Assembly (NCBI RefSeq): GCF_004010195.1
Contig: NC_057719.1
Coordinates: forward strand, 6,093,831 to 6,136,396
Source of the DNA: Chiloscyllium plagiosum
Lineage: Eukaryota
Direction: 5' to 3'
DNA: 42,566 nt
Part shown: one piece after another, positions 10,691 to 23,300 of the stretch
How the letters are laid out: each line of letters opens with the position of its first letter
Position numbering within the stretch: position 1 is the stretch's first letter
Made by a program: the position numbers and the translations under genes
Notes under the pieces: generated by a model
Told to the model about the DNA's origin: nothing
What the model saw: only the letters and a program-made list of their open reading frames with translations
Database searches by the model: none

Positions 10691-11594
10691 AACCATATAA
10701 TCCATCCCATTAATCAAGTTGAGTTAACCCACCAGAGGAATAGGAAAAGAGTATTTTTGGCCTTATTGTCCCTGGGAATACTTATTTCTCTCTTTTTCCC
10801 AAGGCAGCTGGGAGCTGGAAGGGATCGGGGGTGTTTGGGTGAATGGAGAGGTGTTTTGTAAGAGGGTCTGACCATCGAAGGGTTAGAGGGACAGAGCGCT
10901 GACGGAGCAGGCTGAACTTTCCTGACCAGCAGTTTTGGATGTTTCACTGACAGCCCAGGACTGGGATCGCTCCAAATGTTTGAACATTGTGGTCAATATC
11001 GCAGCACTGTCGAACCTCTCGGTCAGTACAGGTCAATCATAAACACAATGGTCACTTTAGCCAGCAAGGCATTGACTGATTAGAGAGTGAGTAAATCACT
11101 CGTACTCTTACCCCATGGACAGGCATGTCAAATACACAAATACATGTCTGGAACAACCATTTACGAGTTAAAACATGAAGCAGACAGAGGTAATAATTTA
11201 TTAAAACGACTCTGCAGATACCCTCTCCTTTCAATGATAATTATAACCCACATAGATGTCTAAGTGAATCGAAACCCTTCATTAAATAGATAAGAGCAAA
11301 AATCAGAGCTGAAACCTATTGGTAATAGCATCTTTGTTATTTAAGTGTTCACATACACTCAGTCTCACAAAACATACTCTTCAAATACCTGCAATTTCTG
11401 ATGCAAAATAAGGTTTATTGGTTTCAAGGAATCTTTATGTTCAGACAGAACAGTTGAAGACATTTTATCTTGCCGTCCATTCTGGAAAACTGTTTTTTCC
11501 CTCCTCAATTCTACTTCTTCTGCAAAACATGGATGGGTAAGGGTAAGGAGTTGAGGTTGGATGCCCAGAAAGGTTTGTAACTATTGTGAAATAA

Positions 11595-11770
11595 AAAGCG
11601 AAAGGAAAGCGGATGATGTAAATCAGAAACAAAAACAGAAGTTGCTGGAACAGCTCAGCAGGTCTGGCAGCATCTGTGGACAGAAATCAGTTCTAAGGAA
11701 GAGTTAACTCTGATATCTCTTCACAGGTGCTGCTAGACCTGCTGAGCTGTTCCAGCAACTTCTGTTCTTT
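11595..11770. mobile_element. fold-back Penelope-derived element
   Basis: ~46-bp inverted arms AACAGAAGTTGCTGGAACAGCTCAGCAGGTCTGGCAGCATCTGTG (from 11634) and CACAGGTGCTGCTAGACCTGCTGAGCTGTTCCAGCAACTTCTGTT (to 11766). Confidence 0.8.
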
Positions 11771-11800
11771 TAACTCTCATACTTCTGTTTAACAATATGA

Positions 11801-12090
11801 GGGTGGCACAGTGGTTAGCACTGCTGCCTCACAGCACCAGGGTCCAAGGTTCGATTCCAGCCTCAGTGACTGTGTGGAGTTTGCACATTCTCCCCGTGTC
11901 TGTGTGGGTTTGCTCTGGTTTCCTCTCACAGTCCAAAGGTGTGCAGGTCAGGTGAATTGGCCATGCTAAATTACCCATAGGTTAGGTGTGTTAATCAGAG
12001 GGAAATGGGTCTGGGTCGGTTACTCTTCAGAGGGTCAGTGTGAACTTGTTGGGCCGAAGGGCCTGTTTCCACACTGTAGGGAATCTAATC
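11801..12090 (+). mobile_element. HE1 (V-SINE) SINE
   Basis: tRNA-like head with GGTTCGATTCC B box, V-domain, tail GGGCCGAAGGGCCTGTTTCCACACTGTAGGGAATCTAATC. Confidence 0.93.
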
Positions 12091-12590
12091 ATTTCTCAGC
12101 TGAATAATCAAACAGCAGTCCTATAATTGAACAACTGCAGGAAGACCGCAGTTTTGAAGCAACTGTTAAACTTTAGACAATAAATTGCCCCATCCAGCTA
12201 TCTACAAATCTTGCTGAGTTATTTAATGTGCTCCCTGGGTATATTGAGGAGTGCATTAAATGTGTAAATACAACAAGGTGACAGGAACTGATGTTTGCAA
12301 TCAGCCCCAATGTTAGGAATTGAGTCAATTCAGTGATTGAATTAGAATTAGTTTTATTGTCACTTATGTTCACATGAGTGCAGTGAAAAGTTTACAAGTC
12401 ACCACTTACGGTGCCATCTTAAGTACAAGATACTTAAGTATTTGGTATAAAATAGAAAAAAATAATACATAAAAAGTCTAGCATCAGAATAAAAAGGAAA
12501 AATTAAAATAAAGTGCATAATTTACAATCCTTCCACCTCAGTCTGTGCCAGCATCTCCCCTCCAGACCACACCATTATCGATGCCTCTCT

Positions 12591-12634
12591 TCATTACAAA
12601 CCAGCTGTCTTGCCAACTGAGCTAAACCAGCCCC
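12591..12634 (-). mobile_element. tRNA-derived SINE head fragment
   Basis: Minus strand GGGGCTGGTTTAGCTCAGTTGGCAAGACAGCTGGTTTGTAATGA contains an A-box/D-arm-like TAGCTCAGTTGG. Confidence 0.55.
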
Positions 12635-13201
12635 AGTTGCACATGGAACAATTTAGCCCAACGAAACACTAGAAAGTGGCCTTGCTCCACCTACTTGGAG
12701 CTGCCCCCTCCCAGGATTCTTGCTGTCAGGGTATGTTACACCATTCCCACCTTGCACTATCCCCACACATCCACAGGCATTCATCAGGCATAGGCCATCC
12801 AACTACACCCCAGTCGACCCCTCTCTCGGTTCCTTTCGATTTGTCCCCTTGCAGAGAACTTTGTAGTTCTGATCAAACGGCTGAAATACCGACATTTCCT
12901 TTTCAGGACTTTTTAAGTGTTCTTTTTTGCTATTACAATGTCAAACACTGCTCGTTTCTTGTTTGGTCAGGATATTACGCCTCATTACCACCCTGATAGT
13001 TAGCGGAGAATTGATGCCTATGTGGCTTGTCACAAAGTGATGATGCTTGACTCATTCTGGGATTGGCAGTGCTGAGATGTCTGTTTTTACAAGTGTTAAT
13101 CTTTAGAGTTTAAACAGACTGACTGGATTCAATTGTCTGTTGACACCTCGTTCCAGGACAAATGAATGTTTTCAGCAATAATAAATAAACAGTATTTATA
13201 T

Positions 13202-13960
13202 CACAGAATGACAGAATTGTCAGAGGAAGGCCGTTCAGCCCATCATGTCTGCACTGGCTCTTAAAATGAGCATCATTATCGAGAGGAGAAAGTGAGGTCT
13301 GCAGATGCTGGAGATCAGAGCTGGAAATGTGTTGCTGGAAAAGCGCAGCAGGTCAGGCAGCATCCAGGGAACAGGAGAATCGACATTTCGGGCATAAGGG
13401 CTTATGCCCGAAACGTCGTTTCTCCTGTTCCCTGGATGCTGCCTGACCTGCTGCGCTTTTCCAGCAACACATTTCCATCATTATCGAGAGTCAAACCGCT
13501 GCCTTTCCCTGCATACCATTTCCATCCAAATAACCATTCAGTGCCCCTCCTCCATGCTTCAGCTGAACCTGCCTCTACCACGTTTCCAGGCAGTGCATCC
13601 CAGACCCTAACTACTCGCTGGGTGGAAATGTTTTTCCTCACATCCCCCTCGCTCCATTCGCACATCACGTTCAACCAATGCCCTCTCATACTTGACGAGC
13701 AGGAACAGCTCCTCCCAACCTACTCTCTCCAGCCCACTCATGACTTTGAAAACCTCCATTAAATCTCCTCTCAGCCACCTTCCCTCCCAGGTTTCCTTCT
13801 TCAATCCATCCTCACAGCTGAAACTCCACATTCCTGGAATCACTTTCACACTCTCTCCAATGCATTGACATCTTCCCCATAATGTGGTGTCCACAACTGT
13901 ACGCATTGCTCCAGCCGAGATCAAACAGCGTCTTTTACTAATTCACCATCCGCCTCCTTG
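13202..13960 (-). mobile_element. decayed CR1 3' fragment
   Basis: LRGDLMEVFKVMSGLERV, RGHWLNV..DVRKNISTQRVVRVWDALPGNVVEAGS; tail AGGCCGTTCAGCCCATC. Confidence 0.85.
13286..13475. mobile_element. fold-back Penelope-derived element with 15-bp TSD
   Basis: CATCATTATCGAGAG at 13271-13285 and 13476-13490; ~77-bp near-perfect inverted arms (13322-13398 / 13401-13477) around a GG centre. Confidence 0.9.
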
Positions 13961-14661
13961 CTCTTGGACTCCAAGTCCCTGTTAGTGCAATTAGCAACTT
14001 CGAGAATGACACCGAAAGATTAGCAAATAAAAAGTGACACTGAACGACGTGAAGAAATAGTAGGATGGGTGGCTGAAAGCCTGGTGAAGGAGAAAGGAAG
14101 GTAATGGGCCAGGTTGGTTTAGAAATGATTTCGGAGCGCACGCACATCCACCAATGGTGGAACAATGGAAGCTGGGCGAGCAACCAAGAGACACAACTCA
14201 AAGATGCACAGATATCCCAGAGTGTTGTGGGGATCTAGGAAATACCAGAGATGGGGAAGGGAGACATTTGGTCACAGGATCAGCAATTTAACGTGGAAAC
14301 CATGTTGGACTGGTAGCTACTGTAGACCAACAAGGTGAGTAGGACGTGATGTGAATTAGGATGTGACCAACAGCAGTTTTGAGGAGCTGAAATTTAGAGG
14401 GAGGATTCATTATGTCATCTTCCACTGGTCAATCCAAGGTGGCTGCTTCAGAGCGGTCTTTGACTGGGATCTTGCTAACTGGTTCACTGGGACACTGCCT
14501 TCTTCCTTGGGTCCTCCAGTGTGGGTCTTCTGAGTGGATCCCGTGCAGAATGCAGTTTACCAGGGAGCTTAGGCATAACCTTCTTCAGCATGCAGTTGGC
14601 AGGTTGGTTGTCTAATGTAATCGCACTTTTTCCTGCATTTCCTTAACGATATAAGGAGTTC

Positions 14662-14792
14662 TTCTGAAATACATACAGCAAGTGATGGAGGAACTTGGCA
14701 GGTCTGGCAGTATCTGTGGAGAGACAGAAACAGACAGACAGACAGACAGACAGAGTTAATGTTTTGAGTCCAATTTGTCTCTCCTTCAGAAT
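14662..14792. mobile_element. half copy of the Penelope-derived element with internal (AGAC)n microsatellite
   Basis: GCAGGTCTGGCAGTATCTGTGGAGAGA..GAGTTAATGTTT resembles the left arm of the 11595 element; (ACAG)n at ~14730-14753. Confidence 0.6.
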
Positions 14793-14965
14793 TTCTTGAC
14801 CAATTGGGATTGTCAGCTGGTTTCCCTCAGCCTCCAATGATTCCAACCAGTTTATTGCAATTAACAATTCTATCTCAGTTCAATTCTGCAGTATTACTGC
14901 AGTTAATAAGGATCAATATGATTAGCTAGTCCCACACCCATCTGGTTCCACATTATAAACACTGC

Positions 14966-15322
14966 CGTGTACGTTAGAGCCCGGGTGTCCTTGGAGAAGG
15001 AGCACACAGTCTCCACCAACACCCTGGAGTTGTTCAGGGAGAGGTGGGCGCCGCAGGGAGTGGAGTGCATTATTTCCCCCTCCAACTCTATTTTGATTTA
15101 ACCCCTGACCTCCCCTTCACTGTTTTGATCACACAGCACTGCCCTTTGATGTGAAGGGCTGTGCTTCTCACTGGCCACTCGGGTGTTTTCCTATCTTCCT
15201 GGTGGTGGAAACGGAATAAAGATTCGTGCACCTTGTGTCTCACACCTGCACACACACACCATGGGGGCTGGGGAAAGAATAAGCACTACCGCAGTTAGGC
15301 GGGAATGTGGGAATAAAAAAAA
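14966..15322 (+). mobile_element. Tx1-clade (L1 group) LINE 3' end
   Basis: 14970-15101 reads YVRARVSLEKEHTVSTNTLELFRERWAPQGVECIISPSNSILI*, resembling Tx1 ORF2 C-termini; followed by a UTR with AATAAA and an A-tail. Confidence 0.75.
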
Positions 15323-15840
15323 TGAATAGAAGTGTATCCTGTTCACTCTAACAGCTGACTCTGAGGGAGCTGGAAAATCAGAAAAAAAAATAAACTGCCC
15401 CGAAATTGTAGCCTGTCTGTTACAACTTCCTTTATGGAGAGGGTGGAAGGTGGGTGCAGGGTCTGAAATATCGGGTCTGAAGTTAGCACAGCAGCTGCCC
15501 ACAGAGCTAACTGCTCAGACACTGATGATCACACAGTAGCTGCACGTTACCAGAGAATAGCCCTGATGAAGCCTACAGTGGGTATGGTCAATGAGGGAGA
15601 GTTTGTAACCTGTACACGCCCCACTGTCTTCTCCTGATATACTGGAGAGTAATTTGGTCTCCTCCCTACTGCAAAACCAGGACGCAAACTGGTGCATCTG
15701 TACCATTGATGGTTTCCCCATGTTACAGCATGGCAGGAACTGAAGGCTGAGAAGTTGAGAACCACTGAGTTTCTTAAGACCAATAACCTTTACAGGGTCA
15801 ACATTGCCTTCATAACTGAGTCAATAAGATGTGACTCATC

Positions 15841-16035
15841 TTTTCATTATGTGCCACTGGCTGACCCACTATTTATTGCCCATCCCTAGTTGCCCCTTGA
15901 GAAGGTGGGGGTGAGCTGCCTTCTTGAACCGCTGCAGTCCAGGTGCTGTGGGTTGACCCATAATGTCCCTTAGGGAGGGAATTCCAGGATTCTGACCCAG
16001 TGACAGTGAAGGAACAGTGGTATATTTCCAAGTCA
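15841..16035 (-). mobile_element. 3' end of APE-type LINE, possibly the same family as 1340-3305
   Basis: Minus strand TWKYTTVPSLSLGQNPG / SWNSLP-like and GLQRFKKAAHPHL-like end, followed by GGGCAACTAGGGATGGGCAATAAAT. Confidence 0.75.
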
Positions 16036-16036
16036 C

Positions 16037-16950
16037 AGAGTCATTGAGTCATAGAGATGTGCAGCACAGAAACAGATCCTTCGGTCCAACCCGTCCATGC
16101 AGACCTGATATCCCAACCCAATCTAGTCCCACCTGCCAGCACCCGGCCCATATCCCTCCAAACCCTTCCTATTCATATACCCATCCAAATGCATCTTAAA
16201 TGTTGTAATTGTACCAACCTCCACCACTTCCTCTGGCAGCTCATTCCATACACGCACCAACCTCTGTGTGAAAACGTTGCCCCTCAGGTCTCTTTTATAT
16301 CTTTTCCCTCTCACCCTGAACCTCTAGTTTTGGACTTCCCCACCCCAGGGAAAATACTTTGCCTATTTATCCTANNNNNNNNNNNNNNNNNNNNNNNNNN
16401 NNNNNNNNNNNNNNNNNNNNNNNNNNNNNNNNNNNNNNNNNNNNNNNNNNNNNNNNNAGCAATGAACTGACCAATAAAGGAAAGCATACCAAACGTCTTC
16501 TTCACTATCCTATCTACCTGCGACTCCACTTTCAAGGAGCTATGAACCTGCACTCCAAGGTGTCTTTGTTCAGCAACACTCCCTAGGACCTTATCATTAA
16601 GTGTATAACTCATGCTGAGATTTGCTTTCCCAAAATGCAGCATCTCACATTTATCTCAATTAAACACCATCTGCCACTTCTCAGCCCATTGGCCCATCTG
16701 GTCCAGATCCTGTTGTAATCTGAGGTGACCTTCTTTGCTGTCCACTACACCTCCAATTTTGGTGTCGTTAACAAACTTACGAACTGTACCTCCTATGTTC
16801 ATATCCAAATCATTTATATAAATGATGAAAAGTAGTGGACCCAGCACCGATCCTTGTGGCACTCCACTGATCACAGGCCTCCAGTCTGAAAAACAACCCT
16901 CCACCACCACCCTCTGTCTTCTACCTTTGAGACAGTTCAGTATCCAAATG
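16037..16950 (-). mobile_element. 5'-truncated CR1/HER1 LINE
   Basis: SGVPQGSVLGPLLFIIYINDL..FVNDTKIGG, WQMVFN, DLRGNVFTQRLVRVWNELPEE and HER1 tail; N gap at 16375-16457. Confidence 0.92.
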
Positions 16951-17317
16951 GTCTTGTCTTTTTTCTCTATGGCTAATGATCCTTTATCCATGCTAATGTG
17001 TTAGGGCCTGCACAATGTGCCCTCACTAACTATTGTTGTGGTACCTTATCAAATGCTCGACAAAAGAATCGAAGAGTTTTTTGCTGAAAAAGACACATGT
17101 TGGTAAAGCTTAATATGTGGCAATCATCAGGACCATGTGCAAGAAAACCAAAGTAAAGGGAAAACCGTATTTGTGCAATATTTTAAAGCAAGCACTGGTT
17201 GACCCTGATTGGTCAAATTATTGCCCTGTGAAACAAACCAGACAATGGCCAACACCTGTTTATTGAGTTAGAATGGGAAAACTGTCTTCTGCATCCAACT
17301 GCTGACTACCAACTCAG

Positions 17318-20300
17318 GATTATCGGATAGACCCGCAGTCTCACACACCGATTATCGGATAGACCCGCAGTCTAACACACTGATTATCGGATAGACCCGC
17401 AGTCTAACACACTGATTATCGGATAACCCGCCGTCTAACACACTGATTATCGGATAGACCCGCAGTCTCACACACCGATTATCAGACAGACCCGCAGTCT
17501 AACACACTGATTATCGGACAGACCCACACTCTGACACACTGATTAATGGATCAACCCCCAGTCTGACACGCTGGTTATCGGACAGACCCGAGGTCTGACA
17601 CGTTGGTTATCGGACAGACACGCAGTCTGGCACACTGATTATCGGATACACCCTCAGTCTGACGCAGTGATTATCGGACACACCCGCAGTCTGACACACT
17701 GATTCATCGGATACACCCTCAGTCTGACACACTTATTATCGGATACACCCTCAGTCTGACACACTGATTATCGAACAGACCCGCAGTCTGACACACTGAT
17801 TATCGAACAGACCCGCAGTCTGACACACTGATTATTGGATAGACCCGCAGTCTGACACACTGCTTAACTGACAGACTCACAGTCTGAAACACTGATTATC
17901 GGACAGACCCGCAGTCTGACACACTCGTTATTGGATAGACCCGCAGTCTGACACACTGGTTATAGGATAGAACCGCAGCCTGACACACTGGTTATCGGAC
18001 AGACTCGAAGTCAGACAGACTGGTTATTGGATAGACCCGCAATCTGACACACTGGTTATCGGATAAACCCGCAGCCTGACGCACTGAATATTGGACAGAT
18101 CCGGAGTCTGACACATTGATTATCGGATAGAACCACAGTCTGACACACTGATTATCGGACAGACCCGCACTCTGACACACTAGTTATTGGACAGACCCGC
18201 AGTCTGACACACTGATTATCGGACAGACCAGCAGTCTGACACACTGATTATATGACAGACCCACAGTCTGACACACTGATTATCGGATAGACCCGCAGTC
18301 TGACACATTGATTATCGGACAGACCCACAGTCTGCCACATTGATTATCGGATACACCCTCAGTCTGACACACTGATTATTGGATCGACCCGCAGTCTGAC
18401 ACACTGATTATAGGATAGACTCGCATTCTGACACACTGATTATCAGATAGACCCGCAGTCTGACACACTGATTATCAGATAGACCCGCAGTCTGACACAC
18501 TGATTATCGGACAGACACTCAGTCTAACAAACTGAAAATTGGATCAACCCGCAGTCTGACACACTGATTATCGGACAGACCCGCAGTCTGACCCACTGAT
18601 TATCGGACAGACCCGCAATCTGACACACTGATTATTGGACAGACCCGCAATCTGACACACTGATTATCGGACAGACCAGCAGTCGGACACACTGATTATC
18701 GGACAGACCCGCAGTCTGATACACTGGTTATTGGACAGACCCACAGTCTGACACATTGATTATCGGACAGACCAGCAGTCTGACACACTGATTATTGGAT
18801 CGACCCGCAGTCTGACACACTGGTTATCGGAAAGACCCGCAGTCTGACACACTGATTATCGGATAGACCCGTAGTCTGACACACTAGTTATTGGACAGAC
18901 CCGCAATCTGACACACTGGTTATCGGAAAGACCCGCAGTCTGACACACTGATTATCGGATAGACCCGTAGTCTGACACACTAGTTATTGGATCGACCCGC
19001 AGTCTGACACACTGGTTATCGGAAAGACCCGCATTCTGACACACTGATTATCGGACAGACGCACAGTCTGCCACATTGATTATCGGATACACCCACAGTC
19101 TGACACACTGATTATTGGATAGACCCGCAGTCTGACACACTGGTCATCGGACAGACCCACAGTCTGACACACTGATTATCGGTCAGATCTTCAGTCTGAC
19201 ACACTGGTTATCGGATAAACCAGCAGTCTGACACACTGAATATCGGACAGACACGCAGTCTGACACACTGATTATCTGATAGACCCGCAGTCTGAGACAC
19301 TGGTTATTGGACAGACCCGCAGTCTGACACATTGATTATCGGATACACCCTCAGTCTGACACACTATTTATCGGATCGACCCGCAGTCTGACACACTGAT
19401 TAGCGGATAGACTACCGGTCTGACACACTGATTAGCGGATAGACTACCGGTCTGACACACTGATTATCGGACAGACCCGCAGTCTGACACACTGGTTATC
19501 GGATAAACCCTCAGCCTGACACACTGGTTATCGGACAGACTCGCAGTCTGACACACCGCTTAAAAGACAGATCCACAGTCTGACACATTGATTATCAGAT
19601 ACACCCTCAGTCTGACACACTATTTATCGGATCGACCCGCAGTCTGACACACTGGTTATTGGATAGACCCGCAGTCTGACACACTGATTATCTGACAGAC
19701 CCGCTGTCTGACACACTGATTATCAGATAAACCTGCAGTCTGACACACTGGTTATTGGATAGACCCGCATTCTGACACACTGATTATCTGACAGACCCAC
19801 AGTTTGACACACTGATTATTGGATAAACCCGCAGTATGACACACTGGTTATCGAATAAACCTGCAGTCTGACACACTGATTATCAGATAAGACCGCAGTC
19901 TGACACACTGATTATCAGATAGACCCGCAGTCTGACACACTGATTATCGGACAGACACTCAGTCTAACAAACTGAAAATTGGATCAACCCGCAGTCTGAC
20001 ACACTGGTTATTGGACAGACCCGCAGTCTGATACACTGGTTATCGGACAGACCCGCAGTCTGACACACTGATTATCGGACAGACCCGCAGTCTGACACAC
20101 TAATTATTGGATAGACCCGCAGTCTGACACACTGATTATCGGACAGAAGCACAGCCTGCCACATTGATTATCGGATACACCCTCAGTCTGACACGCAGAT
20201 CATTGGATAGACCCGCAGTCTGACACACAGATTATCGGATCGACCTGCAGTCTGACACACTGGTTATACGATAGACCCGCATTCTGACACACTGGTTATC

Positions 20301-23300
20301 GGACAGACCCGCAGTCTGACACATTGATTATCGGATAGGCTCGCAGTCTGACACTGATTATTGGCAGACCCGCAGTCTGACACACTGGTTATCAGATAGA
20401 CCCGCAGTCTGACACAATGATTAACGGACACACCCGCAGTCTGACCCACTGATTATCGGACAGACCCGCAGTCTGACACACTGATTATCGGACAGACCCG
20501 CAGTCTGACACACTAATTATCGGACAGACCCGCTGTCTGACCCACTGATTATCGGACAGACCCGCAGTCTGACACACTGATTATCGGATAGACTCGCAGT
20601 CTGACACACAGATTATCAGACAGACCTGCAGTCTGACACACTGATTATCGGATAGACCCGCTGTCTGACACAGTGATTATTGGATCGTTCCACTGTTTGA
20701 CACATTGATTATCGGACAGATCTGCAGTCTGACACACTGATTATCGGATAGACCCGCAGTCTGACACACTGGTTATCGGACAGACCCGCAGTTTGACACA
20801 CTGATTATCGGACAGACCCACTGTCTGACACACTGATTACTGGACAGACCACATTCTAACACACGGGTTATTGGATCAACTCACAGTCTGACACACTGGT
20901 TACAGGATAGATCCGCAGTCTGACACACTGGATATCGGATAGACCCGCAGTCTGACACACTGGTTATAGGACAGACCCACAGTCTGCCACATTGATTATC
21001 GGATCGACCCGCAGTCTGACACACTGGTTTTAGGATCGACCCGCAGTCTGACACACTGATTATCGGATAGACCCGCAGTCTGACACACTGATTATCGGAT
21101 CGACCCGCAGTCTGACACACTGATTATCGGACAGACCCACAGTATGACACACTGATTACTGGACAGACCCACATTCTAACACACGGGTTATTGGATCAAC
21201 TCACAGTCTGACACACTGGTTACAGGATAGATCCGCAGTCTGACACACTGGATATCGGATAGACCCGCAGTCTGACACACCGATTATCGGAAAGACTCGC
21301 AGTCTGACACACTGATTATCGGATGGACCCGCAGTCTGACACACTGATTATCGGACAGACCCACAGTCTGCCACATTGATTATCGGATCGACCCGCAGTC
21401 TGACACACTGGTTTTAGGATAGACCCGCAGTCTGACACACTGATTATCGGATAGACCCGCAGTCTGACACACTGATTATCGGATCGACCCGCAGTCTGAC
21501 ACATTGATTATCAGACAGACCCGCAGTCTGACACACTGATTATCGGATCGAGCCGCAGACTGACACACTGATTATTGGATAGACCCGCAGTCTGACACAC
21601 TGATTATCGGATCGACCCATAGTCTGACACCAGTCTGGCACACTGATTATCAGACAGACCCGCAGTCTGACACACTGACTATCGGAAAGACTTGCAGTCT
21701 GACACACTGATTATCGGGTAGACACGCAGTCTGACACACTGATTATCGGATAGACCCGCAATCTGACACACTGATTATCGGACAGACCCGCACTCTGCAA
21801 CACTAGTTATTGGACAGACCCGCAGTCTGACACACCGATTATCGGACAGACCCGCTCTCTGACACACAGATTATCGGGTAGATACGCAGTCTGGCACACT
21901 GATTATCAGACAGACCCGCAGTCTGACACACTGGTTATCAGATCGACCCACAGTCTAATACATTGATTATCAGACAGATCCTCAGTCTGACACACTGGTT
22001 AACGGATAAACCAGCAGTTGGACACACTGAATATCGGACAGACACGCAGTGTGACACACTGATTATCAGACAGACCCGCAGTCTGACACACTGACTATCG
22101 GAAAGACTTGCAGTCTGACACACTGATTATCGGGTAGACACGCAGTCTGACACACTGATTATCGGATAGACCCGCAATCTGACACACTGATTATCGGACA
22201 GACCCGCACTCTGCAACACGAGTTATTGGACAGACCCGCCGTCTGACACACCGATTATCGGACAGACCCGCTCTCTGACACACAGATTATCGGGTAGACA
22301 CGCAGTCTGGCACACTGATTATCAGACAGACCCGCAGTCTGACACACTGGTTAACGGATAAACCAGCAGTGTGACACACTGATTATCGGATCGACCCGCA
22401 GTCTGACACACTGATTATCGGATCGACCCGCAGTCTGACACACTGATTACTGGACAGACCCACATTCTAACACACGGGTTATTGGATCAACTCACAGTCT
22501 GACACACTAGTTACAGGATAGATCCGCAGTCTGACACACTGGATATCGGATAGACCCGCAGTCTGACACACTGATTATCAGACAGACCCGCAGTCTGACA
22601 CACTGGTTATCAGATCGACCCACAGTCTGATACATTGATTATCAGACAGATCCTCAGTCTGACACACTGAATATCGGATAAACCAGCAGTTGGACACACT
22701 GAATATCGGACAGACACGCAGTGTGACACACTGATTATCGGACAGACCCACAATCTGCCACATTGATTATCGGATAGACCCGCAGTCTGACACACTGATT
22801 ATCGGACAGACCCGCAGTCTGACACACTGATTATCGGATAGACCCGCAGTCTGACACACTGATTATCGGTTCGACCCGCAGTCTGACACACTGATTATCA
22901 GACAGACCCACATTCTGACACACTGATTATCGGATACACACGCAGTCTGACACACGGATTATCGGATAGACACGCAGTCTGAAACATTGATTATTGGACA
23001 GACCTGCACTCTGACACACTGGTTATTGGACAGACCCGCAGTCTGACACACTGATTATCGAACAGACCCACAGTCTGCCACATTGATTATCGGATACACC
23101 CTCAGTCTGACACACTGATTATCGGATACACACGCAGTCTGACACACTGATTATTGGATAGACCTGCAGTCTGACACACTGCTTAACAGACAGACCCGCA
23201 GCCTGACACACTGATTATTGGACAAACCCGCAGTCTGACACACTGATTATCGGATAGACCCGCAGTCTGACACACTGATTATCAGACAGACCCGCAGTCT

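Noticed and set aside
10714..11040. Possible host exon (pyrimidine tract + AG at ~10803; 77-aa minus ORF)
   Set aside because: No recognisable protein, early stops and no partner exons; would need RNA-seq evidence.
14412..14645. Short ORFs in unique-looking sequence
   Set aside because: No recognisable domain or convincing splice signals.
15555..15600. CTGATGA as a hammerhead core
   Set aside because: No following stem II and GAAA at a suitable distance.
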